Part shown: piece by piece, positions 13,801-26,062 of the stretch
Position numbering within the stretch: the first letter of the stretch is position 1
Layout of the letters: each line of letters opens with the position of its first letter
NCBI RefSeq assembly: GCF_000002075.1
Contig: NW_004797773.1
Span: 268,845-332,844, forward strand
Origin: Aplysia californica
Lineage: Eukaryota
Direction: 5' to 3'
Length of the DNA stretch: 64,000 nucleotides
Position numbers and translations under genes: made by a program
Notes under the pieces: model-generated
What the model was told of the DNA's origin: nothing
The model's database searches: none
The model's input: only the letters and a program-made list of their open reading frames with translations

Positions 13801-16800
13801 CACTAGGCCCACAATGAGAAACAATAGAAGTCAAAATGTTTGGATACAGAGAACGTAAAACTCTACTTACATTCAGAGCACACTATACTTTTATCTTTTA
13901 TCTATTGCATCCTCACTCAAAAACTCAGGAGCCTACCCATAAGCCAATATATTATTTTAAAAATTTCAGTTTGCAACTTTGTTTTTCCATTGTGGTCCTC
14001 ACATTATATTCTCCTACCCACTTGGGTCACTGCATTGCTTTGAATTTTTCTCGTTTTAGTTAGTTTAGTATGGGGTTTTACGGCGCTCGCAATTGCATAA
14101 GGTCATATGAGCGTGCGAAACACAAGTTATTTTTATTCGCAGTTTACTGTACAGCTGGGTACGGGTCATTTGATCTTAAAGCGTTAAAATATTTAAAATT
14201 TGGTGTAAAAATATATTTTCAATCTAAAACAACTTTCATAAAATTTTTTAATAGTTCAATTTTGTTCTACAATGTCCCATAAAGTAAAGGCCAATGGCCT
14301 TCATAAAATCCAAAATTATGTTGGGACCAACAACGGAATAAATGTCATGAAATTTTTTACACTTGAAGTATTTCCTTTGGATCTCTTCGAAGTCTAGACA
14401 TTCGGTTAAAATGTGTCTAATGGTAAAATCTGTGTGGCATAACGGCTTTTCATCTCCCTGAAGAAGGTATTTGTGTGTTAGGGCCATGTGTCCGATGAGT
14501 AATCGAGTAAAAATGACTTTGTCTCTTCTGGAAAGGTCTGAAGGATTTCGCGGTCCCAGTTTGGGTTTAATATTGTGGAGTTTGTTTCCCGTCTGGTTTT
14601 TTCCAGTGGCTCTCCCACAGACTCCATTTTCTCGTTTCCCGCTCTTCAAAAGAGTAATAGTAATAAGCACATAAACCTGCTGAAATATTACAAGCAAAGA
14701 AGTCTTTACTCACTTTTCTTCTTGCCTCAGCCCTTTTCGCCTCAATCTGTTCTTCTTCAGCTCTCTTTGCCGCCTCCCTGTATCCTGCCTGTTTCACCTG
14801 AAACAAAACAAAATAATAATGAAATAATCAACCAAATTTTTATAGCCCCCCCACTCTCATGTGGGTCGCAAGTGTTTTAGATAGATATCAAAATGAACAG
14901 TTTATGGGCCGCCAGGACTGCTTTGGATCTACAATATTGTCCATATTTCAGACATTAAAAGTCTGAGAGCGATGGTTTGCAAAAATCTTCCATTTTGAGA
15001 GTTTGGGTACATTTCTTGCCTTCTACATTCCACTGGGGCCCTGTGGCATCTTTTTCCCAGCTGATGTCATCTATATAACAGTTCTTCTTAAGAAGTTTGA
15101 GAACATGATTGTAAGTGTAAAGTAGTTTCTGTCAGCCTTTTTTCTACCTCTTTCACTGTACCTTTATTGATTTGATGTCTTATCAATGGGGGTGGGGATG
15201 GGGGGATATTGTAGATCCTCTGGGAGATGAGCTTGCTAAATGTTTCTCAACGGTGAAAATGTTATCAAGGCTTTTATGCTTTATGTTTCAATGTTGGTTC
15301 GTTTTTTTAGAAAAAGAGAAGCAAATTGACATAACATGCATAATTTAGGGCAGGGAAAAAGTAAGAAAGACGGATAGAAATATTAGAGGGATTGTAATGT
15401 AAAGGAGTAAAACACACCAGAGGCACCCTCCAACAACCGACAAGATAGTTACATTAAAATATTTGTTTAACTTCCTGTAAGCAGATTAAGTACATGAACG
15501 TTCAGGGTAAAAGATAGTAAAGAAGAGAGTTTAAGGGAAAATTAAAACACATCAACAGTGCTCCGAGAAACAGCCAAACAAGAAGTAGGCAAGAAATGGG
15601 TACCTGGTAAAGTATTGGAAACAAACAGAAAAACCTTAACAATTGAAGAATGTGTGTGTCACGGCGTCCGAAATTCCGTCTCAGCGATCTTTTAGTTAGT
15701 CCGGGCCCCCCGCGGTAGGCCATAAATTAGCGGCAGGTGACCTGCAATTTCACGCGTCAAGTCGGGGATTGACCAGGGTCAACTCGTGCACAGTGCTGTC
15801 CTATCTTGTCCTTATCAGAACGCATTTCTTCCCCTAATTTCATGAGCCGTAAAATGATGCTCACTCTATCCCTAGAATCTATTTCTTCACCAATTCCGCT
15901 TCGTCTACGTCTTCTTGATATCTTGTGAAAGTTTCAACAGTTTTCATTGATTCGTTTGGGAATAATAACAGTTTTAAATTGTGAGTGTTAAGTGATCGGA
16001 AGCGCCGTTAATAATGTTATCTCTTCAAATTTAATTACAAGTCCTTCGAGAATGGAACGATGGTCTTTATTTCTGTTTGCACAGTGTGATAGCCATCAAA
16101 TCATATTTTCTAATGATGTGAATTTTGTTTTTCCAGCACTTTGCGGTGACTGGCAATCAGTTAGTGAATTGTGTTCCTAAGTAAAAATCGTTAAACTGCA
16201 ATGGGTCAGTCACACATATGAGAGGCATAGAGTCTCTGAATGAACTTTGTTGTATGTGTTGGCGTTTAAATTCAACTGTCAAACAAAAAAAGCACAGAAA
16301 GCCCCGACTATGTAAGACAATGGCAGGAGATATTCTCTTGGTTTATGGGATTGATGTGAGGGACGAAAATGAACAGTCGTATTCCGCTAACATTTGTGTC
16401 AAGTGTTTTACCGCGATTTCAACTATCAAAAGGAGATATGGTGTTACGTCACGTCAATTCATGCCGCAAAAAAACAGTTGACACCAGTAGGAACATGTGG
16501 TGTGCGTTTGACAATAGCATAAATGTGAATTCCTTCTCCGTTTTGTCAGTACCGCTTAGGTGGCTGCATACAACGATCCATTTCAAGCTAACATCGTAAA
16601 ACACCCCAATCATACCTCCCCCCATCCCCATGTATGCAAGGAACTAACAAACAATTTATACAGAAACAAGAAAATACTCCCCCGAAACTGCAAAAATTGA
16701 GGAGGCAAGTGGACTGGAAGCAATATTCAATCTTCTCAATGAAAGATTTAGCCATGTTCACACTGCAATATCACATCTGAAACCGTCAAACAATTTTCAC

Positions 16801-19800
16801 TTCCAGAAATCTCCGTAGCAATCGACAATTACATGTCCGCATTCAAACGCTATTTCCCCACAAAGTTATCCCAAAGCCACACATATCATAACAACACTGT
16901 ATTCCACACATACAACAACACATGTTTGCTCTCGGGCTTTTAGGAGAACAGGACACAGAAAGCAGCCACCAAGCGATCTCAAAACTGGAAGCCAGAGCAC
17001 GAAGGATCTCAAACCAGATAGACATAATGCGTTTTATTTTTTGTGTCGCATCTCCTGCAAATAGCCCCCTCATTGCGTGCTACTGGATATGTTTAAAAAG
17101 AAAAATTGTATAAATTTACAGTTTTATTCTGTACATGTTCATTTTGTGAAAAGAAACCGGTGCTGTATATTGAAGATGCGTCAGTATATCATTATTCAGG
17201 AGGATACACAATCCATTGGACACAAAAAGTCATAAATGCAGGGAAGCGTTTTGGCTATCATGCTCATGACAAGTTCCATGTTCGTGCTGGAAACAAAATT
17301 TTGAGTGAGTCAATTTCTAAACACATTTTCCTGTCTTATGTGGCAGTTTTGTAAATATTTATCCTTAGGCTTGTAAGTTATTAGCCATTCAATATGTGTT
17401 TGTTGTTTTGACTAACTATAAATAGACATACATTTTAAGAGCATCTAACTCAAAAACGTGAGCAGCCATGGTATTGCTATTTCGTACCAATAAAGAGGTT
17501 TAGTTGCTTTCTCTAAAGAACAAACTTGTGTTCACGTATTATATTTTTTTGTTTTTGTAAGACGATAAAACATGTGTTGAAAAATTCATTTCACCGGCTA
17601 CCGACGCAGGTAGCGGGAGGGCGGGTTAGTGACCTCTGGGTGACCGGCCCGCCGTGACCCGGTCACTCCATCGCCGATCCAACTAAAAGAGCGCTGTCTG
17701 TACGCCGTGGTGTGCGTATGTGTGTGTTGTGCGTGTGCCTGAGTGTGTGTTTGTGTATTTGGCAGACTCACATCCTGCCATGGCGGTGAGTTTGTGCCAT
17801 TCAATAAACATCATCTCATGGAATTTCCAACCCTGAGAGCCCCAAAGCTACTGAAGACACAATACAGATATTGTTGTAAAGCAAAAAATAAGATGATTTG
17901 TTCCATTTTATTGGAGATGTACATGTTTCTCACCTGTCTGTTATATTTCTGTGCTCTCACTGCGTTGGCCTGTCTGTTCCGCACCTGGTCCTCTGTCAAT
18001 TCACCACCACCTGTGGTTAAGATAAAAATCAATAAAGTTAAATTTGAAAGTTCATAATAAGATCTTAAAATCAAAAGAGGTTATTTATAGACAAAAGTCG
18101 GGCAGGGAAATAAAAGCCCAAAAAGTAAAAAAAATTGTTTAATTCAAAGTCGTTTGTCTCCGTTTTTCTTCATTAGGCTTACTATATCTCCACCTCCTAC
18201 ATGATTGTATGAGAGGATTTTGGAATCTTAAACCCTTCATGCCTAATAATATACATGGTCCACGACGAAAATGCATAATTTTTAGCTTTATGACAAGCCA
18301 TGAAGAAGTTGGAAAAATGTGTCATTCCTGGTTGCTTATAAGACATTACATGCATAAACCACTAATTATCTGGCTCTGATTCTTCTATACAGAAATATAG
18401 CCACAAGAACAGCATGGAATCATATCCAGGAATAAAAAATGCCCATATCAGTACCAAATTTGCAAGCGATCTTGCAGAAAAAAGCTTGCTCTCAGATTTT
18501 TTGATTTTTTTGGTAAGTTTTTTACGGCAAAGTAACTGCATAAGGTTATATGAGCATGCGGGACACATTAAACATTTTCAGTTGGTGGGAAATTTTGAAT
18601 AATTTTGCCCGGGGAGGTGGCCCAAGCCTGCTTTTTCATCGATTTTGGACCACCAAAGGATCTTTAACGTGCTCAACTTGCACACGGGACCTCCGAGATT
18701 TTTCACCCTTGTCCGAGAACGCAATGTGTAGATCTTTCCTACCGTAAAATCAGGAGTGTAGCTGAAAGACAGCAGTAAGAAGGAGCCAAGGAGTAGCAGG
18801 AGAAGGGCTACAGAAAGAGTCAGGAACCCAGAGGAGTGGGCAAAGGAGATGAGGGGCTGGGGGCAGAAAGTGGAGACGAAAGCCAATGACAGAATATTGC
18901 AAGAGAGCAGGAAAGGAGGTGAAAGGAGACCATTTTTTAGAGAAGAAAAGCTTTACTCGCTACAGTCTTGCCATTAAAGGAAGGAACATTCCCGTGCTGT
19001 GGGTGATCAAGGGAGAGTTTATAAATTATTTTCTCAACAAAACTCTACAGAGAACTAAACTAGCACAACAATTTAAACTTCCGTTTTCACCTGATTTGTA
19101 TCTCCTCAAAATCTAAAAGTAGCATTGTATCATAGAATTGACTTTCAATATGAAAAGTGAATATTAATTTTGAAATTTGAAAAGAATGTTGTAAAGAGAT
19201 TATTCTCATACAAACCAGCATGTTAATTAAATTAAGTAAGACAAAATATGAACCATCTCTGAATTACATACCATATATAAGTACCACCATACCATAACAA
19301 TTATTTTACTCAATTTCAAAGCTATGATTTAATAATCCATAAGTATAACCATTATGAAAGAGGTGCTCGAAGGAAGGATGGGGGGGGCAGGAGATCCAGG
19401 AGAAGACAAAGAGAAACATGGGTGAACAACATAAAATTGTGGGCTGGCTTGGATATAGCAGAATGCACAGCGCAACTCACGAGTCAACCCAGAGTCAGAG
19501 ATGACACTTCCAAATTCCATAAGTATCAGCTGCTGAGGAACATACCTACAGTGCCCACATGACGGTAAACTTTCCCAGTATTCTGCTGCTTGTACTGCTC
19601 ATAATTTGCTGTCTCTCTCTGAGCCACTGAAATTAAGAAAGAAGAAAGAATTGAGTGCAAACTTGATGACCTCCAGGCAATGCCTTTCAACAATACAGTT
19701 ATACTTTTGGAATCATAAGTACTGTAATGTATTTTACTGAACTGTACAGGGCAGGGGGTTCAAGAAGTCTTTAGTCTAAATATGAAGGAATAAAGATAGA

Positions 19801-22800
19801 GCTTTGTAACTTGGCACACATACTTTCATTTGTCTACATAGTCACTATGCAGAGTAACGCATTTCTGCCACCTCTCTTAGACCTTCATAGGTTCTTGAGA
19901 AGAAAATGACCCAGAATGAGCCCCTAACTAGTCTTCCACAGCTTCAATGGCGTCCTCATTGTCATGGAAACGACGTCCTTTCAGTGATTTTTTTAAGATT
20001 AGGAAACAGAAAAAAGTCTAAAGGGGCTGGGTCTGGTGAATAAGCAGGGTGTGGCAAGATTACGAAGCCGTTCTGTTCTGCTGTCTGGACTGTTTGTTGT
20101 GCCCTGTACGCAGGGGTGTTGTCATGCAATAGGAGGACCCCATTACAGAGTTTTCCACGCCTTTTTCTCACCAATTCAGACCGCAGTTTTATCAGCAAAC
20201 CCGAATAGTAGTCCCCTGTGACTGTTTTTCCTTTTTCCAGGTAGTCAGTCATGATGTAACCTTCACATTCTCAGAAACACGACAGCATGACCTTTCCACT
20301 GGACGGTGTTATCTTTGCCTTCTTTGGCGAGGGAGAAGAAGGGGTTTTCCATTGCATGGAGAACATTTTTTGTTCTGGATCAAAATGATACATCCATGTT
20401 TCATCCATGTTTTTAAAGAAATTTGCGTCATTGGACTCAATTCGAAGGAGAGTTTTGCAGGACTCAACGCTCTGCTTCTTTTGCTCACTTGTCAAAAAAG
20501 TGGGGAACCGACCACGCACGCAGACACCACTTCTTACCCAGTATGTAACAGTATTATTACGAGGACATTTGTCACCATAAACTTGGACCACTTCCTGAAA
20601 AATGTCTGAAGGGGATTTTCCTTGCAAGTGTAAAAACTTGATAACTGAGCAATATTCAACAGGCTCCATGGCACAGCTTCAGCAAAGAAAAACCAAACGT
20701 TTTTGGGCAGGGTTTCATTGATCACGCTGACTAATGCCTTATTATCGTCGGATTTTCCCGAAAATTTCCATGGTCTGTTCCAAAGAAATTGTCTAGAGGC
20801 TGGTGAAATTTCATAACTCTACCGTGATTCCTTCATACCCATAACAGAGACTTGAACCTCCCTCGTAAGTATGAAGGGATTCAGGGCAAAATACCCTTTA
20901 CCTTAATAATAACTTACATACATTATAGCAAAATGCATGCTGCACAGCATGCTCTATGCGCTTTACAAAAATTAATACCCCAGCAGACCCTAGAACATAA
21001 CTTAGGAAATTCTCCCCTTCCAGGGAAGCTGCAGATTACACGCACTAAAACGTTAACAAATTGACAAGATCAGTTACTGTCTGTAGCAGGGCCCTTCCTA
21101 CCTGAGTGAAGTGAGGAAAATTTATGTAAAGTGCCTTTCCCCAGGCCATGTCAGGCCACCGACGTATTTTGAACACATAACCTTACGGTTGAGAGTTCAT
21201 TCTAAGCTCTCCCAACCATACTTAGCTAGCCTTTTCAATGGGCATTATATTAATAAAAAGCTTCTTTTATTTTTAATCAATACGCCTGAAAGAACATTGT
21301 GCCATTTCCATAAATAGCATAATATAATATTACTAAGGATAGACATAAACTTTTTTTTACACCCCCCATTTATTTTTCAAATGTTTCAAACACTCTGACT
21401 GATGCTTTTGGGCATATTACTTTCAGCTAGGAGAAGACAGTAGTTCAGAACATGTTATATGAAATAACAACTTTCATATACCCAAAAGCCGGAGGGGGGG
21501 GGGGGGGGATGGAGAATGGTTTCTGCAGCAGGACTTGGCTCTCTGCAAGAAACAAAATTCCTTTTTTTAAAGATCTGACAAAATGCGTTTTTGAGATTGA
21601 ACCCTGCAAATCTACATATTTTGTTTATTCATTTAAGAAAGGCAAAAGGTTTCACAGGAGGAACAGTACAGGCTAATATACACAGGAGATAAACTTAGAC
21701 AACAAAAATTATGAAAAACACGCACCAATCAAAGTAAAAAAATTATCAAAGATAAGACCAGAGCTACAGATCAAACGGACCTTGAGTGGAAAGGCAGTAT
21801 TTCAAGACAACTTACTCTGAGCCACCTCCTGTCTCTTCCTTTCATTTGGAGCAAACATTGTGAAGCCACCAGCACTGTGACAGAAAAAAATAGAAAAGTT
21901 AATGAATTAAAGAAAGTTCCTCATTGTGGTAGCAGAACAGGATAATACCTAAGAAAAAGAAGGAATTGCAATGACCCAGATAATACGTACACAGAAAACT
22001 CGAAATTATGGATAGATAATACAATTTGCCATTCCCCGTCTGATTATAATATCTTCCATTTTTCATTATATCGGTAAATCCAAATTATGGATGCATCAAA
22101 CACATTTGGTAATCCCCAACACGTTTGAATTATCTGTGCTCAACTTCATTTATTAATACCTAATTGCTGCCTCAGAATTACAAAGTCATCGGCTCAGTAT
22201 CTAGTTTTGAGAAATTTGACGTAAACATTTTAAAGTTTCACAATATCAAGCTTTTAGAATGCAATTCTTTAATAACTTGATATATCGACTCTGAATATTC
22301 TTACCATTTTGATAGAGCAGACAGCATTTGCTTTCTGACCTCATAGTCTAAGTAACTCAAAACGGTCTTAAATGTCAGACAGAACTTTGTAATTCTGAGG
22401 AAGTGACATTATAATATACCCTTATCCTACTACCGTGTCCAGGAAACACAAGATTGATAACCAGTCTCTGTACAGCTTCTGTGTCTGTACTGAAGAAAAA
22501 AATCTCAGACATCAGTTGGTGCCTGGCCATACATACAGTCGAACCTGTGTAAGACGGCCACATATTGTCAAGGGGAAAAGTGGCCATCTAAGACAGGTGG
22601 CCGTCTTTAGCAGGACTGATCAAAATGTAAAAACCCAAACTATTTACTCCTGAGGTCCCAACTGGAGGTGGTTGCATGCTTAGGACTGCCCTAGGGCTGA
22701 TTAAAATGTGTTGTTGTTGTTGTAGTTTTATTTCTTTTGAAAGGGGGGAGAGGATAGGATGGTTTTGAGGGACTTTTTGTTGTTATTTTTTTAAATTAGT

Positions 22801-25800
22801 AATTATGGTTCCAGGAAAGGTCAAAACAAAATAAACTGTGCCAGACGTGGAAGGCCAAGTGTCATAGTAAAACAAACAAATGGGTCACCACTGTGCGAAC
22901 AAGCAACTCTTCTGTCGTGAGTTTGGGTTAATGTCCATTGTTATGGACCTGGTTTACAGACTGAGTTGTGGGTGGGGCTTATAGGTGGGGCTTATAGGTT
23001 ATGACGGATCACACGCTTCCCTTACCAGCAGCTGGTATTTATGGTTATCCATTGGTCAACTTGGGTAAACATTGGGAGTGACCTAAGCAACATGACCATT
23101 TCATCCATTGGAGGGACTGACAGAAACGACAGGTGAATAAAATATGACGGCTTGTCCACAACGTCAGGGGAAAATGCATAATTTTTTACAAAGTCTGGCC
23201 GCCTTAGGCTGGTAGATTTGACCATGGGTTGATAAAAAAGGGTGGCCGCGGCCGCGTAGGACAGGTGCCCATTTTACACAGTTAAATTATATATAGAAAA
23301 AACGTAGGCGAAGAAATGGGTGGCCGTTTGTACAGGTGCCATAGCCGTCTTATAGAGGTGGCCGTCATGCCAGGTTCGACTGTTACAAATTCAGTCATGT
23401 ATGTTATAGTCGTTGTCTATGTCTGTCATAGCACTAAACATTACAGTGTGAGTAATGCAATAAAAATATTTGGGGGTAAAGTTGAGATCATAGTTCATTC
23501 AAACTAGTTCAGAGTTTTGAAGTTAGTTATTTTTTTCTATACTAGATTTCTAAGCCCAACATAATAAGTCAATAGAAAATGATTTTATCTATATAATTTC
23601 CTCTAATTAATTTTCATGTGATGAAAAAGTTACCTTAAAAGTAGTTCGACATGATTTATAACCGTTAAATCTGAGCGGCACAAACACAAACATGCACACA
23701 CAGCACTTCAAACATATTACTTCTATGAGATGGATTAGGCCGTGCAGTCGAGAAAGTTGAACGCACCCAACAAAGAACCAATGAATGCAAAGGTACCTGT
23801 GTCAGTCAGGGAAAGTGTGTCATAAACTTTCACCCCATTGTCAGGGCTAGGAGAGAGAGAGCCCTCGGTACAGTGTTATTTTTTCCCAGTCTTCTACCTT
23901 TTTACAAGAAGAGTTTCATTAAGGATGGGCCGTGAGAAAGGGCTCCCTTTGCTGAGCCCTAAAGACATTTGATTGGCTGTTAGCATACTATAGTTGTAAG
24001 TGGTGACAACAGTGATTGGATAAACCAGCAATTTAAGCCGCCAAGTTGATCACTTTGTGTTCATTGAGTGCGGTCATAACCGTTTCAACTGCTTATTTCA
24101 TTAGGGAGAAACTTTCGTTTACTTTGGGATAGAGTTGGGGGTGGTGGGTGGGGAGGGGGTATAGGGGCTCAAACCTGTGAGCCCTTCGATCGCACTACCC
24201 ACCGCCACTGGATGTAGATTGAGAGGGGTCATCCCTGAGCAGCCTTGGTTCATGGGATTTCCCCCCGCACAGAGGCCTATTACCTGCGGCACTGAAGGGG
24301 TTAATGGAATTACAACAAAAACTTAATGACAAAATAAGAAAGACTTAATCCTATCCATTCAAAGAGACTGACACAGTGCTTTTACTTTTTTCAACAACCC
24401 AACAAAAATGATTACAGTGAAGTTTGCTGGCTTAAGTTGAAATCTGAGAGACCACCACCCTTCCTTTTCTTTGGAGTACTGTGTTCGGTTTAAATAAACT
24501 CCACTTTACCTGTACATTTCATCTTAAAGAAGCCCTACAACATTAAAATATGAAAGTGGCTATTCTCACCCGCCGGAAGTTCTCGCAAGATCAACTCCTC
24601 CCCTCTTCTCTCTCTCTCTGTCTCTTTCTGAATACTGTCTATCGGTGTGGATGATCAAATTGACCAAAACAAAGTTAAAAAATGATGTTAAAACACAAAA
24701 GTAAATTAATTTGGTTGTCTACAAAGATGCTACGGCTTTTTAACTTTTCGAATCGAGCCGAACTACGCGGGTCGCCATTTTGTTTTGCCCGGAAATTCTC
24801 GCGCTACTCCTCTCTCTCTTTCTCTCTCTCTCTCCACTGCCCACAGACAAAATTGTACGCTTTTAGTAGGCTACAGTTGTAATGGAACGTTTGTTCACGG
24901 CACAGAATTCTACAATTTTTCTGTTATCACAGTGTAGAATTCTGTGGTTTAGGGTGAACGCAAAATTTGGTGAACGCGCATCGGGTGAGAATAGCCACAA
25001 GACTCGCCTGCACTATTCTCACTCCGGGTGAGAATAGAGGTGGCCTTAAAATATTCAAGACTCACTATTGTCCTCTTTGTGGATCTTCCGGTTGGTGGTT
25101 GTTTGTCTCGGAATCACGTCTTTCTGGTCCATAGTTGGGGTTTCCTGATCAGAGACATAACATATATATTATACTACATCGATAAACTTAAAGTCATTTT
25201 TTTTTTACAATTACAAATCTTATATAGGTCAATCAATTTATACTCCCTGTACTTCACTACAGATGCTTACTTTCCAGAAAGGAAACATTGTACTTTCTGT
25301 ATAGATAGCAAGGACACTTCCGCATTTTTTCTTAGAGCAGTCAAACATGGTCTGCAAAATGGCAAGCAAATACAAATCAGTAGGCCTATCTTTTGCTTTT
25401 TGTCAGTTAAGCCATCATTAAGTACGCACGGCTAGCCTGCCAGTCTAGCCCCATCCTTAAGTTTGGCTATAAATATAGCCTCTTCCTAACTAATTAAATC
25501 TGGAGGTAAAACTAAAGTTCACAGAAAAAAGTCATATATATAGGACTTTGAAGTTCTCAGCTCAAGAATTCAGTCATGATGCTAGTCAGCTTGTTGAGTA
25601 GCAGAGAGCTGTTGCCCCCAAAAAATCGCTCAGGTAACAACACTCTAGACTAGTAGATCTAGATTCTTTACAAGAGATGAAATATTTATTCTCGACTATA
25701 GCCTCCTAATTCATAAAGAATCCAGATCTAGAAGCAGGCCTAAACTTAATACCTAGCCTTCCCGGTTCGTTCATACTGAAATTTCTAGATGCTGCTCCTC

Positions 25801-26062
25801 TCCTGGTACTGTAGCTGCCTCTCGTTGAGGGGTTTCCTCCTCTTCCTCTGCTATTTACGTTTCCTAGAAACTGCCTTTCACCTCGAAGATGGGGAGTACC
25901 ACTACCTCGAATTCCTTCTTTGGGAACTTCAGCTCCTGATGGAGTGGCCTCGGAAGACGAGCCTAAGATATTTCCTTCTCTTGATCTACCTCTGGACCGT
26001 GTAGAGTGACCACCTCGACCTCTGGTCTGAACTGAGGGACGGGATGAAAATGTCCGACTCAT
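10815..26062 (-). CDS. EPSTI1: EPSTI1-like protein (epithelial-stromal interaction protein 1 family) with RG/RGG-rich N-terminus and C-terminal CUE-like domain; 8 exons, 394 aa
   Basis: Exons: 26062-25753, 25144-25066, 21874-21816, 19626-19546, 18010-17934, 14797-14714, 12402-12347, 11253-10815. All introns GT-AG, phases 1,2,1,1,0,0,2; total 1185 nt, open. Core FTMFAPNERKRQEVAQMAQRETANYEQYKQQN..VGGGELTEDQVRNRQ..QKYNRQVKQAGYREAAKRAEEEQIEAKRAEARRKS is colinear with the vertebrate EPSTI1 core as I recall it (YTLIAPN..RRNEIQRIAEQE..GGSQSETEVRQKQ..KEAEEAE). C-terminus DLQMVSAMFPHVEQGYLNDLLYQMGSADAVIDML has the CUE MFP signature. Confidence 0.85.
12665..13673. mobile_element. Tc1/mariner-pogo-type MITE (CAGTAGTCTC termini)
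   Basis: TIR CAGTAGTCTCTGCCTAAAC / GTTTAGGCTGAGACTACTG with TA on both sides. Confidence 0.88.
14057..14626 (-). mobile_element. 5'-truncated I-group (Nimb/I-like) LINE: ORF2 C-terminus plus 3' UTR
   Basis: NKLHNIKP..TRLLIGHMALTHKYLLQGDEKPLC..FTIRHILTEC..ILDFMKAIGLY is the typical post-RNase H zinc-knuckle region. Ends in an (ACTAA)n-type tail. 11-bp TSD TTTTCTCGTTT at 14046-14056 and 14627-14637. Confidence 0.85.
15660..17709 (+). mobile_element. Internally deleted Chapaev-like (CMC superfamily) DNA transposon with a RAG1-N-terminus-like zinc finger
   Basis: Ends CACGGCGT / ACGCCGTG; 4-bp flanking repeat GTGT. About 16201-16560 encodes H..ESLNELCCMC..YGIDVRDENEQSYSANICVKC..W. About 16820-17020 encodes YMSAFKRYFP..PKPHI*QHC..LGLLGEQDTESSH (catalytic-Glu region). 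Stops and frameshifts present; middle of the transposase missing. Confidence 0.78.
18630..18725 (-). mobile_element. SINE body fragment (Meta-domain-like)
   Basis: Reverse complement contains GGAGGTCCCGTGTG..GCACGTTAAAGATCC, resembling the MetaSINE core as I recall it. Confidence 0.45.
19745..20867 (-). mobile_element. Decayed mariner (DD34D) transposon
   Basis: Frameshifted transposase pieces with DETWMYHFDPE, HDNTPAY and HPAYSPDPAPLDFFLFPNLK (YSPDLAP motif). Imperfect TIRs TAC..GGGGTTCAAG / CTTGAACCTCCCTCGTA. Internal deletion. Confidence 0.9.
22536..23382. mobile_element. Tc1/mariner-pogo-type MITE (CAGTC(G/A)AACCTG family)
   Basis: TIR CAGTCGAACCTG / CAGGTTCGACTG. Terminal regions are similar to those of the element at 32164-33087. 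Confidence 0.85.
24781..25045. repeat. Left arm of an inverted repeat pair (TATTCTCACCC-motif element, possibly Kolobok-like)
   Basis: Reverse complement matches 26639-27385 once insertions are removed. Ends GGTGGCC|TTAA. Related motifs continue left to about 24556. Confidence 0.8.

Noticed and set aside
15789-16110. Perfect RSS heptamers CACAGTG at 15789 and 16080 inside the Chapaev-like element
   Set aside because: No ACAAAAACC-like nonamer at 12 or 23 nt; isolated 7-mers are expected by chance.
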